Assembly (NCBI RefSeq): GCF_004010195.1
Contig: NC_057726.1
Location: 57,237,684-57,291,787 of the forward strand
Source of the DNA: Chiloscyllium plagiosum
Taxonomy: Eukaryota
Direction of reading: 5' to 3'
Length of the DNA stretch: 54,104 nucleotides
The notes beneath the pieces were generated by a model that worked only from the letters and a program-made list of their open reading frames with translations, had not been told where the DNA came from and did not search any database. Each line of letters starts with the position of its first letter. Within the stretch, counting starts at the first letter, position 1. This document shows, piece after piece, positions 34,501-46,272 of this stretch. The position numbers were made by a program, and so were the translations under genes.

Positions 34501-36462
34501 TCTACTCTTGGGCAAGGATTTTCCTAATCAACATAGTCTAATTTACAGATTGACTTGTCTGAGCCAAGTGAAAATACTTAATGTGACTTGCCATATGTAG
34601 TTGTGGCAGACAGGTTGGAAACAAATTGGGTTTTCCCATGCAGGTTCAAATCCCCTACACCTTTTTAGGGTGACTCAGTGATTATCACTGCCTCTGTACA
34701 AGGGGCCTTGGGCAACTCTGGAATTTGCACACTGCATGGGTTTCCTCAATATGCTTTAGTTTCCTTCCCCTTCCATCAAGTGGATGGGCAGTGTAGCATC
34801 GCCAATAGTCCAGGACCAGGAAATGTAGCAGGGATAGGGTAGAGGAAGAGTCTGGGTGGGATGCTGTTCAGAAGGTTAATGTGGACTCAATGGCAACTGC
34901 CTTTCTCCCACTCTACCGATTCTGGTTGTTTCATCCTTTCACAAAACTTCAAGAATTATCGGAAAAATGTTGGCCTTTCAGTTTAAATTGCCCACAAATC
35001 TTGATCAACCAGTTTTCTAACTGGTAAAAGGAGCTTTGTTCTCTCCACTAATCCACTTTACACCATTAGAGGAATGTCCCACTTTGGCCTTGTAAAAACA
35101 TGCTAGCAAGTTGCACCTAGTCCACTGAACATTAATTTGATTTCTGTTTTAGGTGCCCTGTTGATGACACTGTACAGTATCACAATCCAATAGGAAATGA
35201 GACTATGGCAAACTTCAGTGTGCAGATGTTTAGATTTGTGAAATATCCAGTTCTATTCCTACATTGCAAGACTGAAATTTGTGCAGCCAACAGCCTGGAG
35301 CCTTGCATGATTGTAAGTTTGTCAAAATCTTAATTGAGAATTCACCCATCCTCCAGCAGTATAATTAAGCAGCACTTAATCTAATACTATTCATTGCCTT
35401 TAGGACTGTGCCAGCCTACCATCCCTGAAAGCAAAGAGAGATACTAATACACAATATGAAGGGTTATTAACCTATGGACCTATTCGTTGGACTTTCTCTG
35501 GGACAAATGTATACCAAGTTGGCAAACCTAGTAAGTTGTGTAAAAATGGGATGAAAGTGCACCATATGACTCTTATCATGACCTAATCAAGGATGTTCTT
35601 TGCTTCTATACTAGTTGACTTCAACACTGTCATGCAACTACCAATCTAATGCCAAGTTAGCATTCTGCTTCTCAGTCAAAAAAGTGATATTAGCCAAAAG
35701 TCACATTAAAGCTCCCACCACAATTCCAAAATGGAAGGCTGTGTGGAGCTCTCAGAAATGGGAGGACATTCAGTTGTCATTGTTTTGAGGTGCCCTTGTA
35801 CTAAGCTAAGTGCTGCACTGGCTCAGTTACCAAGCAGGTTGGTCTGTGACCAGATTGTGGACTCAGTGGATGACATCTCTTAGATGTTGCTGTATAGGCA
35901 AGTTAACTCTGTCCTCTTTAGACAAAGGCAGCCAAGATTGCTTAGATTTAGGGTCCCACATGGGTTAGATCACTTAAGGTTGGAAGACCTTTTGAAGGGC
36001 ATAAAACAGATTTTTAAACTACAATTGACTGGCTACATGCATACTTAAGTTTATCAATTTCAAACTGTCACATCTTGTGGTAAGATGAAATCTAATGACT
36101 CCTGCACATTAGCCTGGGGTCTTGGACTAAATGTCCTGTGACCTCACCATTACCTACCTTGTTGCATCATTAACTCTTGAATGCAGTGTCTAAAACCAGG
36201 TAATTTAACAATCTAAATTATTTAACAGTAGTGGTTACTTGACCAAACATTAAGACTAAATGTCTTAACTGAAATTTTGTCTTCCTCAAAAGCTGTTTCC
36301 TGCTTTTTAAATGCTGTCAGCAATTGTTTTGGCAGAAACTAATGTAATTCCTCTTTTCCTTCTGCAGACTTGATGCTTGCAACTGTTCCTGGCATTGCTG
36401 TGATAACTGCCATGGTGTTTCTTGTCCTTGCAATTACTTTAGCTAAAGTAATGAGAAAGTAA
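28537..36462 (+). CDS. zpd: ZP-domain glycoprotein, ZPD/uromodulin-like (signal peptide-EGF-ZP-furin-like site-TM), 8 coding exons, 389 aa
   Basis: Exons 28537-28621, 29324-29425 (EGF: CDPNPCKNEGTCTLVNGDAQCNCAHGLKGATCE), 30866-31071, 32196-32350, 32727-32966 (INDCWATPT), 35153-35312 (FSVQMFRFV...LFLHCKTEIC), 35404-35530 (KAKR; EHP LLTYGPI) and 36368-36462 (TM + KVMRK*). All phases join into one open frame of 1170 nt. AATAAA at 36493. The symbol is inferred from domain architecture only. Confidence 0.88.
29885..30160 (+). mobile_element. HE1 V-SINE in ZP-gene intron 2
   Basis: HE1 body and gggaatctaatcta tail. Confidence 0.85.
30231..30360. repeat. Short family B fold-back element
   Basis: Inverted arms gcagcaggtcaggcagca / tgctgcctgacctgctg; flanking duplication tcatttatg (30222, 30361). 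Confidence 0.7.
34597..34657 (+). pseudogene. Degenerate tRNA-Ser-like pseudogene
   Basis: gtagttgtggcagacaggtt...gaaa..attggg ttttcccatgcaggttcaaatcc aligns by eye to vertebrate tRNA-Ser (GTAGTCGTGGCCGAG...GCAGGTTCGAATCC) with an internal deletion. Confidence 0.55.
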
Positions 36463-36719
36463 CACTAGCTGAAATCAAATGTAAAGAACAAAAATAAAGT
36501 AGACAATATGCATTACACTGTATAAGAAATTAGTCTTCTGCACTTTCATTTTAATGGGATTTCTAATACTTGGACCAGTTTAGTGGTATTAATTTGATAA
36601 ATGAGTTTAATTAAACTCTTGAACACTACAACCCATGGTTAACTTGTGCTGTAGACCACTTTTAGTCATGTAGGTTTCTAACCACAAGTTTTTTAACTTT
36701 AACCCACTTTTGTCTGCAA

Positions 36720-39400
36720 TAGTTATCAAACATAAGTCACAGCACAAACAACCCTTTGGTTGAACCAGTCCATGCTGAACATAATCCCACACTAACCTAT
36801 TAGCACTTGGCCCATATCCCTCTATTTCCTATTCTTGTACTTATCTCTATCTTTAACTGTAACTTCAACCACTTCCTGTGGCAAGTCCTTCTCCACAAAC
36901 CACACTTTTGTGCCTCCTATCCTAGAGCAATGACACTTGCCACTGGCCTTATCTACACCCCTCCTATAAACCTCTAAGGTCAACCCTCAACTCTATGCTC
37001 AAGCAAAAAGTCCCAGCCACTTTATTCAAACTCTCCATTCCTGGTAAGTTTCTCCTGAACCCTCCCCAGCTTAACACTTCATATGACAGGGTAACCAGAA
37101 CTGAACACAGGCCTCACCAACATTCTATACAAGCTCAACATAACATCCAACTCCTACCTTCAAAGGCCTAGCAATAAAGGGAAGCATAGTCCAGCATACT
37201 CAACCATAATCACCTAGTTGAGTGATTTAAAACTACAAGGAATTGTATCTGAACCCCTATATCTCAATTCTACAACACTAAGGCCTGACTATTCAATCTT
37301 GCCCTTGTATTGCATTTGGATAAAACCTGACATTTAACCAAGTTAAATTCCACCTGCTATTCATCAGCCCATTGACCTGATCAAGATCAAAAGGTAAAGA
37401 TAATTCCTTTACCATCCACTACACCAATCTTGGTATCATTATCAAACTTGATGATAACCATGCTTCCTATATCTAATCAATTATAAATGGCAATTGGTCC
37501 CACATGATCCCTATGGAACACCACTGCTTACAGGACTGAAAAGCAACCCTCTATCTCTAACATAGTCAATTTTGTATTCCATTGGTAAGCTCACCTTGAC
37601 ACGTGTGATCTAACTTGAATCAGTCTACTATATGGAACCTAGTGAAGGCTTTACTGGACATTTTACTTTAATATCTATTGCTGTCTTTGATCTTGGTTAC
37701 TTCAACTTAAAGTTTGAGATGCACTTCCCTTCCAACTAGACAACTAGCATTCTTCCCCTCCAAATGCATTTAATCTAATCTTTCAGAATTACTTTCAATA
37801 CCTTAGCCACTACAGGCAGACCTGCAGATCTATAGTTCCCAGGCTGCTTGCATTCTTTAAGACATGACATTAGCCACTTGTGATTCAGCACCTCAACCAT
37901 ACAGATAGATTCCTGAAGGGACCCTACAATTTCTTCCTAACATCAAGTGTTGGGATACACTTGATCAGGTCCTGGAGATTTTAGATTCCCTACAGTGTGG
38001 AAACAGTCCTTTTTTTGGCCCAACCAGTCCACACCAACCTCTGAAGAGTAACTCACCCACACCCATTTTCCCTCTGACTAATGCACCTAACAATATGGCC
38101 ATGCTAAATTGTCCAATCTGCCTGACCTGCACATCTTTGGACCTTATCTACCTCTTCCTTTCTAAGACCTCCAGCATTTCCTCTCTGTAACATGAACTCT
38201 TTTCAAAACATCTATTTATTTCCTGGAGTCTTCTAGCCGCCTTCTCCACTAAGATTCAAAATATACAGCTCTCTCATCTCCTAAAGTTCAACAAAGATGA
38301 CTTTTTTAAGGGCCTCCATTCCCTGGTCTGTTGCTCTAATGTATTTGTAGAATCTTGTGGTTTATTCTTAACTTATCAGGCTCTCAGCATCTGCCTTTCT
38401 GGTGTCTTCTCAATGCCACTATATATTTTAATGTTTTGAGACTGATTTGAACCTGCTGTTTTATATCTAAACCTCAGTCTGTCTTCACTTATTCTCTATT
38501 CCTACCAGCCTTCTCTTCAGTTCAAACAGAAGATAAATATTCTGAATGTCTTTATGCTTTTGAAAGCCCTCCACTTTCAGATGCCACTAACCCACAACTG
38601 TAATCAAATTTTTGACAGTTCCTGTCCCATACTACTAAACTTGTCTTGCTCCAATTAAACTGTTTTCCTCTTTTATGGAGGCTATCCTTCCAATTCCTTT
38701 TTTTAAAGAAAGAACAAGGATCACTACACCCAAAAGATTCTTCTCCCTTTTTTTTTCCCCACCCCCACCCATTAGATTAGATTCCCTAGTGTGGAAACAG
38801 GCCCTTGGCCCAACAACTCCACACTGACCCTCAGAGTAACTCACCCACTCATTTCAGTATATTTCCCCCTCACTGCACTTAACACTATGGGCAATTTAGT
38901 ATGACCAATTCACTTAACCTGCACAACTTTTGGAATGTTGGTGGGAAAGCAGAGCACCCCAGCAGAAACCCGTGCAGACTCCACAGTCATGCAAGGCTGG
39001 AATCAAACCCAGGTCTCTGGCACTGAGGCAGCATTGCTAACCACTGGGCTGCCAATTATTCAGCCAATCACATCTTAAGAGGTCAAGTGTTGCTCCTAGA
39101 AATGTTTCATTCCTCTTCAGTAGCAACATGGTTTTAAGCCTGACACCAAGAAGCCGTGCATATTCAAGATTCTCACTACCACAATCTCCTGTCCATGCCC
39201 TCGCTAGGAGTCTCTCATTGATGAAAGCACCACCAAGATTCCCTCTTTTAATGCCCAAATATGCACACTCTATTTTCCTGAGCTCCTTTCCAATGGTACC
39301 CAGAACTGGGCTTCTGTTTGACAATAGCCATAGTGACTTCTGACAGTCACCTCTCTGATCATGCTGTCTAGCACTTGAGTCTACTCTCCTAACTCTCATG
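36720..39400 (-). mobile_element. Old, deletion-riddled CR1 LINE with nested HE1 copies (37980-38140, 38771-39045)
   Basis: CR1 3' tail at ~36730-36830, degenerate RT remnants (SGVPxGS, FTRFH), and reverse-complement HE1 sequences. Confidence 0.6.
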
Positions 39401-40763
39401 TGCTGTTGACATTAATCATAAGAAACTTACAATAGCACCTTGTCATACCTCTTTGCCTAAAGAAATGTATTAATATTAGCATGCAAAAATAAGTCAAACA
39501 CTTCAGTTTTAAACAAACCTAGTCTCTTGGCCAAACGACTGAATTAAAGAGACTCTTGCTGACTCTGCTTTCCGTGTTGGTTTTTTTAAACACCACTTTC
39601 CTTTTTGAGAGCTTTCTCCAAGTTCTCAAGCTATTAGCATAATTATTTTCTAAACAATCCTGTGACTTTTTTGAAATAAGTAAAATTATTCCAGTTTCAT
39701 AGAGCAAAAAAAGCCCATCCACTTGTAGATCTTTCAAAGAAACCTATTAACAAAACCATTTTTGGACAAATGTACATAGTTTTTTGCTGCACAGTATCAG
39801 AATCGCTTAGTTTAATGTGAAAGTAAATCTCAAAAGAAGCCTGAATTTCGGGAGCAGCTGCAAGGTCTCCACTATTCTTAATCTCATTTTCCAAAATTTG
39901 GCTTGTGGCGTTTGAAGTGCTCTTCTAATTGAGGATTAACTAAAGGTTCTGAACTCTACCCTGAAGCAGTGAATTCCAGATAACCACCCTCCAACTGAAA
40001 AGGTTTCCTCCAATCTAACCATGTTTTGAGAATTTAAAGCTGACATCTTGGAGGAAACTTTCCTCACCTACCCTGACCATGCCACAATGTTTACACAATC
40101 TGAGCCCACCCCAAAGTCATGACTAGAGCTCCCCATCTATCCAGTCTCATGGCTGATTCACTGCAACTCCTACCACTTTCCTGATCACTCCTCTGCCCTT
40201 TATAGGGTCTTGTAATTGCACTACTGTGGTAACCAGAACAGTAACAGCATTCTACTGTAGTCCAGCTTACATTTAATCTTCACAACCAATAATACTTTGA
40301 CCAATAAAAGCAAACACTCCAATATGTTGTCTTAACCATAGTTTTCATCTACCTGTGGTTGCCTGAAGGGTTTATGGGTATGCTCTCTGGTTCTCTTGAC
40401 TTCCTATAGTCATGTGCCAATATGGCTTCACTTTTAAATCTCCTTTCCTACAAATTCAATGGAGATGGTCTGTCTGACCAAAAGCAGCAAACTTCAATGC
40501 GATATTGAGGGAAGAATTATCAGCAAAGCTGACCTGTAGAGCATGAGTTGCTATTCATTCAGCTTCACTGCAGCAAGCTGATTGAGCAAAGAGCTAAAGC
40601 TGAAACAAAAAAAACCTTGCTGGAGAAAATCGGCAGGTCTGGCAGCATGGATGGAGAGGAAAGTGGAGTTAACACAAAGTCCGGTGACTCCTTCAGAACT
40701 GTTTGAAGGTGGTTTATTAAAATGGCAAGTGACTGAGTCACTCACCTAATATTAAAAAAAAGT

Positions 40764-40950
40764 CATGATTTGGAGATGCCGGTGTTGGACTGGTGCGTAC
40801 AAAGTTAAAAATCACACAACACCAGGTTATTGTCCATGGTAATTAAACTTGTTGGACTATCACCTGATGAAGGAGCGGTGCTCCGAAAGCTAGTGTGCTT
40901 CCAATTAAACCTGTTGGACCATAACCTGGTGTTGTGATTTTTAACTTTTT
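40764..40950. mobile_element. Family A fold-back element with intact hammerhead motif
   Basis: Inverted arms aaagttaaaaatcacacaacaccaggttat / ataacctggtgttgtgatttttaacttt enclose the hammerhead at 40861-40895. Confidence 0.8.
40861..40895 (+). ncRNA. Minimal type I hammerhead ribozyme motif
   Basis: cac CTGATGA a ggagc ggt gctcc GAAA gc TA gtg: complete core, 5-bp stem II, palindromic AGCU stem III, cac/gtg stem I. Confidence 0.75.
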
Positions 40951-41980
40951 AAAAAAATGTCTTTTGTAAAGATTGCCCTAAGTTTGCATTTGGGTTGTCT
41001 GTTTGTGCTGTTAATGAGCTGAGGTGACTGCTGAGCACCTATTCAAGCACTTGAATCCAACTTAATGATTAACTTTGTATAGTTCACTTTTGGTATTTCT
41101 GTCCCTTCAACTAAGTGATTCTGATACTGTTTTATATTTTCCTTTGTTACTGGTAACCATTTTTTGAAAATTTTCTGAATAGTAAGTTCCTATTACTTCA
41201 TCTGACTAAAACCTTAACACGTTCCACTACACTTGTTACTATAGATGTTGCCAGGACCTTTTTTTTTCCCCCCCCCAGCCCTTGTTTCACATGAGTAATT
41301 GGTCAGGATTGGGAATACATCCTGTAAACATTCAACAGGGCATTCTATAAATTGAATATATGGAGACATAATTACAGGGAGATGGGAGAAGAACAGGATT
41401 CAAATTATCTCGAAGAGCTGAGCTTGGAGGTTCCCTCTTCAGCTTTTGTGTAGCTGTATTCTGTTGAGTAACTTTTAATATCTTTTTAGTGGAAGTTTTC
41501 GGAATTTGTTGACAATTCTTGTACGAACTAGTGAAGGCTGAATGTCAACTGTCTTTATTTCTTTCCCCAGTTTTCAGTTAGATGGGCATTGCTCTGAAAC
41601 TACTTAACCCAATGTCTTACACCATTGATCAAGGTCCCTTTTTAAGGTTGCAAGATTTTTTGTTCACTCCAGGGCCATGGGCCTGTTCCTTGTTGTTCCC
41701 AAAACGTCAATTCTCCTGCTCCTTGGATGCTGCCTGACCTACTGCGCTTTTCCAGCAACTCATTTTTCATTCCTGAAGGTGGTAAGCTGCCACCTTTTGA
41801 ATAGTTGCAGTTCACTGCCAAGTGATCTGTCTGGTTTCATTTCTTTGAAACTTTGTAGTGGCATAGAGACATACAGATGTGTGGCATGGAAACAGACCCT
41901 TCAGTCCAATTTGTCCATGCATACTAGGTATCTTAAATTAATCTAGTCCCATTTGCCAATACTTGGCCCATATCCCTCTA

Positions 41981-42356
41981 GAGCCAATATCAGAATGGTG
42001 CTGGAAAAGCATAGCAAGTCAGGCAGCATCCGAGGAGCAGGAAAATTAACATTTTCGGGCAAAAGCCCTTCATCACGAAAGAGGCTGGAAGCCTCTGGGC
42101 TGGAGAGATAAATGGGCTGGGGGAAGGTAGCTGAGTGTGGGTGGAGTAGATACGTATGAAGGAAGATTGACAGGTGAGATAGGTCATGAGGATGGTGCTG
42201 AGCTGCAAGGTTGGAACTGAAGTAAGGTGGGGGGGTGGGGGGGGGGGAGGGCACATAAGGTGGAGGAGGCCCAGGACCTGGATGTCCTCAGCAGAGGGGA
42301 AGTTGAAATGTTCGGCCACGGGGCGTTGAGTTTGATTGTTGTGGATGTCCTCTGAG
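41981..42356 (-). mobile_element. Penelope-like element 3' fragment (GIY-YIG C-terminus + family B pLTR)
   Basis: PVAEHFNFPSAEDIQVLGLLH resembles the PLE endonuclease C-terminus. Decayed hammerhead at ~42048-42080; 8-bp TSD tccctcta (41973, 42357). Confidence 0.75.
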
Positions 42357-43519
42357 TCCCTCTAAACCCTTGTTACAATGGAGTGGTTTGCTCGGCTATT
42401 TCAATGGGCAGCTGAGAGACTCCTAGAACATTACAGCGCAGTACAGGCCCTTCGGCCCTTGATGTTGCGCCGACCTGTCATACTAATCTGAAGCCCATCT
42501 AACCTACACTATTCCATGTAAGTCCATATGCTTGTCCAATGATGACTTAAATGTACATAAAGTTGGCGAATCTACTACCATTGTAGGCAAAGCATTCCAT
42601 ACCCTTACTACTCCTGAGTAAAGAAACTACCTCTGACATCTGTTTAAAGTAGCCCCCTTGTGTTCGCCGTCACCATTCTTGGAAAAAGGCTCTCCCTGTC
42701 CAACCTATCTAACCCTCTGATTAAGTCACCTCTCAACCTTCTTCTCTCAAATGAAAACAGCCTCAAGTCCCTCAGCCTTTCCTCGTAAGATCTTCTCTTC
42801 ATACCAGGCAACATCCTAGTAAATCTCCCCGGCACCCTTTTCAAATCCTTCTTAAAATGCAGTGACCAGAACTGTACACATTACTCCAAGTGCGGCCACA
42901 CCAGAGTTTTGTACAGCTGTAACATAACCTCATGGTTCTGGACCTCGATCCCTCTATTAATAAAAGCTAAAACACTGTATGCCTTCTTAACAACCCTGTC
43001 AACCTGGGTGGCAACTTTCAAGGATCTGTGTACCTGGACACCGAGATCTCTCTGCTCATCTACACTATCAAGAATCTTACAGTTAGTCCAGTACTTTGCA
43101 TTCCAGTTGCTCCGACCAAAGTGAATCACCTCACACTTGTCCGCATTAAACTCCATTTGCCACCTCTCAGCTCAGCTCTGCAGCTTATCCATGTCTCTCT
43201 CTAGCCTACGACATCCTTCGTCACTATCCACGACTCCACCGACCTTAGTGTCGTCTGCAAATTTATTAACCCACCCTTCTATGCTCTCATCCAGGTCGTT
43301 TATAAAAATGAACAGCAGTGGACCCAACACCGACCCTTGCGGTACACCACCGGTAACTGGATTCCAGGATGAACATTTCCCATCAACCACCACCCTCTGT
43401 CGTCTTTCAGCAAGCCAATTACTGACCCAAACTGCTCTATCTCCCACAATCTCATTCTTCCACATTTTGTACAATAGTCTACTGTGGGGAACCTTATCGA
43501 ATGCCTTGCTGAAATCCAT

Positions 43520-43890
43520 GCAGGTAGTGAAGAAGGCTAATAGTATGCTGGCCTTCATAACAAAAGGGATTCAGTATAGAAGCAAAGATATCCTTCTGCA
43601 GCTGTACAGGGCCCTGGTGAGGCCACACCTCGAATATTGTGTGCAGTTCTGGTCTCCAAATTTGAGGAAAGACATTCTAGCTATTGAGGGAGTGCAGCGT
43701 AGGTTCACAAGGTCAATTCCTGGAATGGCGGGACTACCTTACGCTCAAAGACTGGAGCGACTGGACTTGTATACCCTTGAGTTTAGAAGACTGAGAGGGG
43801 ATCTGATTGAGACATATAAGATTATGAAAGGATTGACAATCTGGAGGCAGGAAACACGTTTCCGCTGATGGGTGAGTGCCGAACCAGAGG
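43520..43890 (+). mobile_element. Opposite-strand CR1 fragment of a different subfamily
   Basis: [12 protein letters not shown]...LVRPHLEYCVQFWSP...RRLRGDLIETYKI on the + strand; runs into the gap. Confidence 0.8.
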
Positions 43891-44799
43891 NNNNNNNNNN
43901 NNNNNNNNNNNNNNNNNNNNNNNNNNNNNNNNNNNNNNNNNNNNNNNNNNNNNNNNNNNNNNNNNNNNNNNNNNNNNNNNNNNNNNNNNNNNNNNNNNNN
44001 NNNNNNNNNNNNNNNNNNNNNNNNNNNNNNNNNNNNNNNNNNNNNNNNNNNNNNNNNNNNNNNNNNNNNNNNNNNNNNNNNNNNNNNNNNNNNNNNNNNN
44101 NNNNNNNNNNNNNNNNNNNNNNNNNNNNNNNNNNNNNNNNNNNNNNNNNNNNNNNNNNNNNNNNNNNNNNNNNNNNNNNNNNNNNNNNNNNNNNNNNNNN
44201 NNNNNNNNNNNNNNNNNNNNNNNNNNNNNNNNNNNNNNNNNNNNNNNNNNNNNNNNNNNNNNNNNNNNNNNNNNNNNNNNNNNNNNNNNNNNNNNNNNNN
44301 NNNNNNNNNNNNNNNNNNNNNNNNNNNNNNNNNNNNNNNNNNNNNNNNNNNNNNNNNNNNNNNNNNNNNNNNNNNNNNNNNNNNNNNNNNNNNNNNNNNN
44401 NNNNNNNNNNNNNNNNNNNNNNNNNNNNNNNNNNNNNNNNNNNNNNNNNNNNNNNNNNNNNNNNNNNNNNNNNNNNNNNNNNNNNNNNNNNNNNNNNNNN
44501 NNNNNNNNNNNNNNNNNNNNNNNNNNNNNNNNNNNNNNNNNNNNNNNNNNNNNNNNNNNNNNNNNNNNNNNNNNNNNNNNNNNNNNNNNNNNNNNNNNNN
44601 NNNNNNNNNNNNNNNNNNNNNNNNNNNNNNNNNNNNNNNNNNNNNNNNNNNNNNNNNNNNNNNNNNNNNNNNNNNNNNNNNNNNNNNNNNNNNNNNNNNN
44701 NNNNNNNNNNNNNNNNNNNNNNNNNNNNNNNNNNNNNNNNNNNNNNNNNNNNNNNNNNNNNNNNNNNNNNNNNNNNNNNNNNNNNNNNNNNNNNNNNNT
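43891..44799. other. Assembly gap (N run)
   Basis: Contiguous Ns. Confidence 1.
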
Positions 44800-46091
44800 A
44801 TCTCAGTATTCTCCTCGACAACATTGTCGTTTTCTCGAGTGAATACTGTTGAAAAATATTCATTTAGTGCTTCCCCTGTCTCCTCTGACTCCACACAACT
44901 TCCCACTACTATCCTTGATTGGCCCTAATCTTACTCTTGTCATTCTTTTATTCCTTATATACCTATAGAAAGCCTTAGGGTTTACCCTGATCCTATCCAC
45001 CAACAACTTTTCATGTCTCCTCCTGGCTCTTCTGAGCTCTCTCTTTATGTATTTCCTGGCTACCTTGTAACCCTCAAGCGCCCTACCTGAGCCTTCACAT
45101 CTCATCCTAACATAAGCCGCCTTCTTCCTCTTGACCAGAGATTCCACTTCCTTTGTAAACCACGGCTCCTGCGCTATACAGCTTCCTCCCTGCCTGACAG
45201 GTACATACTTATCGAGGACACAGGAGCTTTTCCTTGAATAAGCTCCACATTTCTAATGTGCCTATCCCCTGTAGTTTCCTTCCCCATCCTATGCTTCCTA
45301 AATCTTGCATAATTGCATCGTAATTTCCTTTTCCCCCAGCTGTAACTCTTGCCCAGTGGTATACACCTATCCCTTTCTATCACTAAAGTAAACTTAACTG
45401 AATTGTGATCGCTATCACCAAAGTGCTCACCTACTTCCAAGTCTAACACCTGGCCGGGCTCATTACCCAGTAGCAAATCTAATGTGGCTTCGCCCCCTTG
45501 TTGGCCTGTCTGCATACTGTGTCAGGAAGTCCTCTGCACACACTGGACAAAAACTGACCCATCTATAGTACTCATACTATAGTGTTCCCAGTCAATATGT
45601 GGGAAGTTAAAGTCGCCCATGACAACTACCCTGTCTCTCTCACTTCTATCGAGAATTATCTTTGCTATCCTTTCCTCTACATCTCTGGAACTATTTGGAG
45701 GCCTATAGAAAACTCCCACCAGGGTAACCTCTCCTTTTCTGTTTCTAACCTCAGCCCATACTACCTCAGTTGACAAGTCCCCAAACATCCTTTCTGTAAC
45801 TGTAATACTGTCCTTTGCCAACAATGCCAACCACCCCCCCCCTTACCATCTTCTCTGTTCTTATTGAACCATCTAAATCCTGGAACCTGCAGCAACCATT
45901 CCTGTCCCTGCTCTAACCATGTCTCCGAAATGGCCACCACATCAAAGTCCCAGGTACCAACCCACGCTGCAAGTTCACCCACCTTTATTCCAGTGCTCCT
46001 GGCGTTGAAGTAGACGCACTTGCTTGCCGGTGCCATCTTGCATCTCTGAAACTTGATTTTGGACCTCCCTACTCTCAACCTTTTTTTTTTT

Positions 46092-46272
46092 CGATTACTT
46101 ACAGCGTGGAAACAGGTCCTTCAGCCCAACAAGTCCACACCGACCTGCCGAAGTGCAACCCACCCAGACCCATTCCCCTACACTTAGCCCTGCTCCTAAC
46201 ACTACGGGCAATTTAGCATGGCCAATTCACCTAACCTGCACATTTTTGGACTGTGGGAGGAAACCCACGCAG
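46092..46272 (-). mobile_element. 5'-truncated HE1 SINE within CR1
   Basis: Reverse-complement HE1 tail and part of the V-domain. Confidence 0.85.

Noticed and set aside
43137-43868. 243-aa plus-strand ORF
   Set aside because: Chimera of the antisense of one CR1 RT and the sense of another, not a gene.
43734-44928. Five 320-390 aa ORFs
   Set aside because: Artefacts of translating the N gap.
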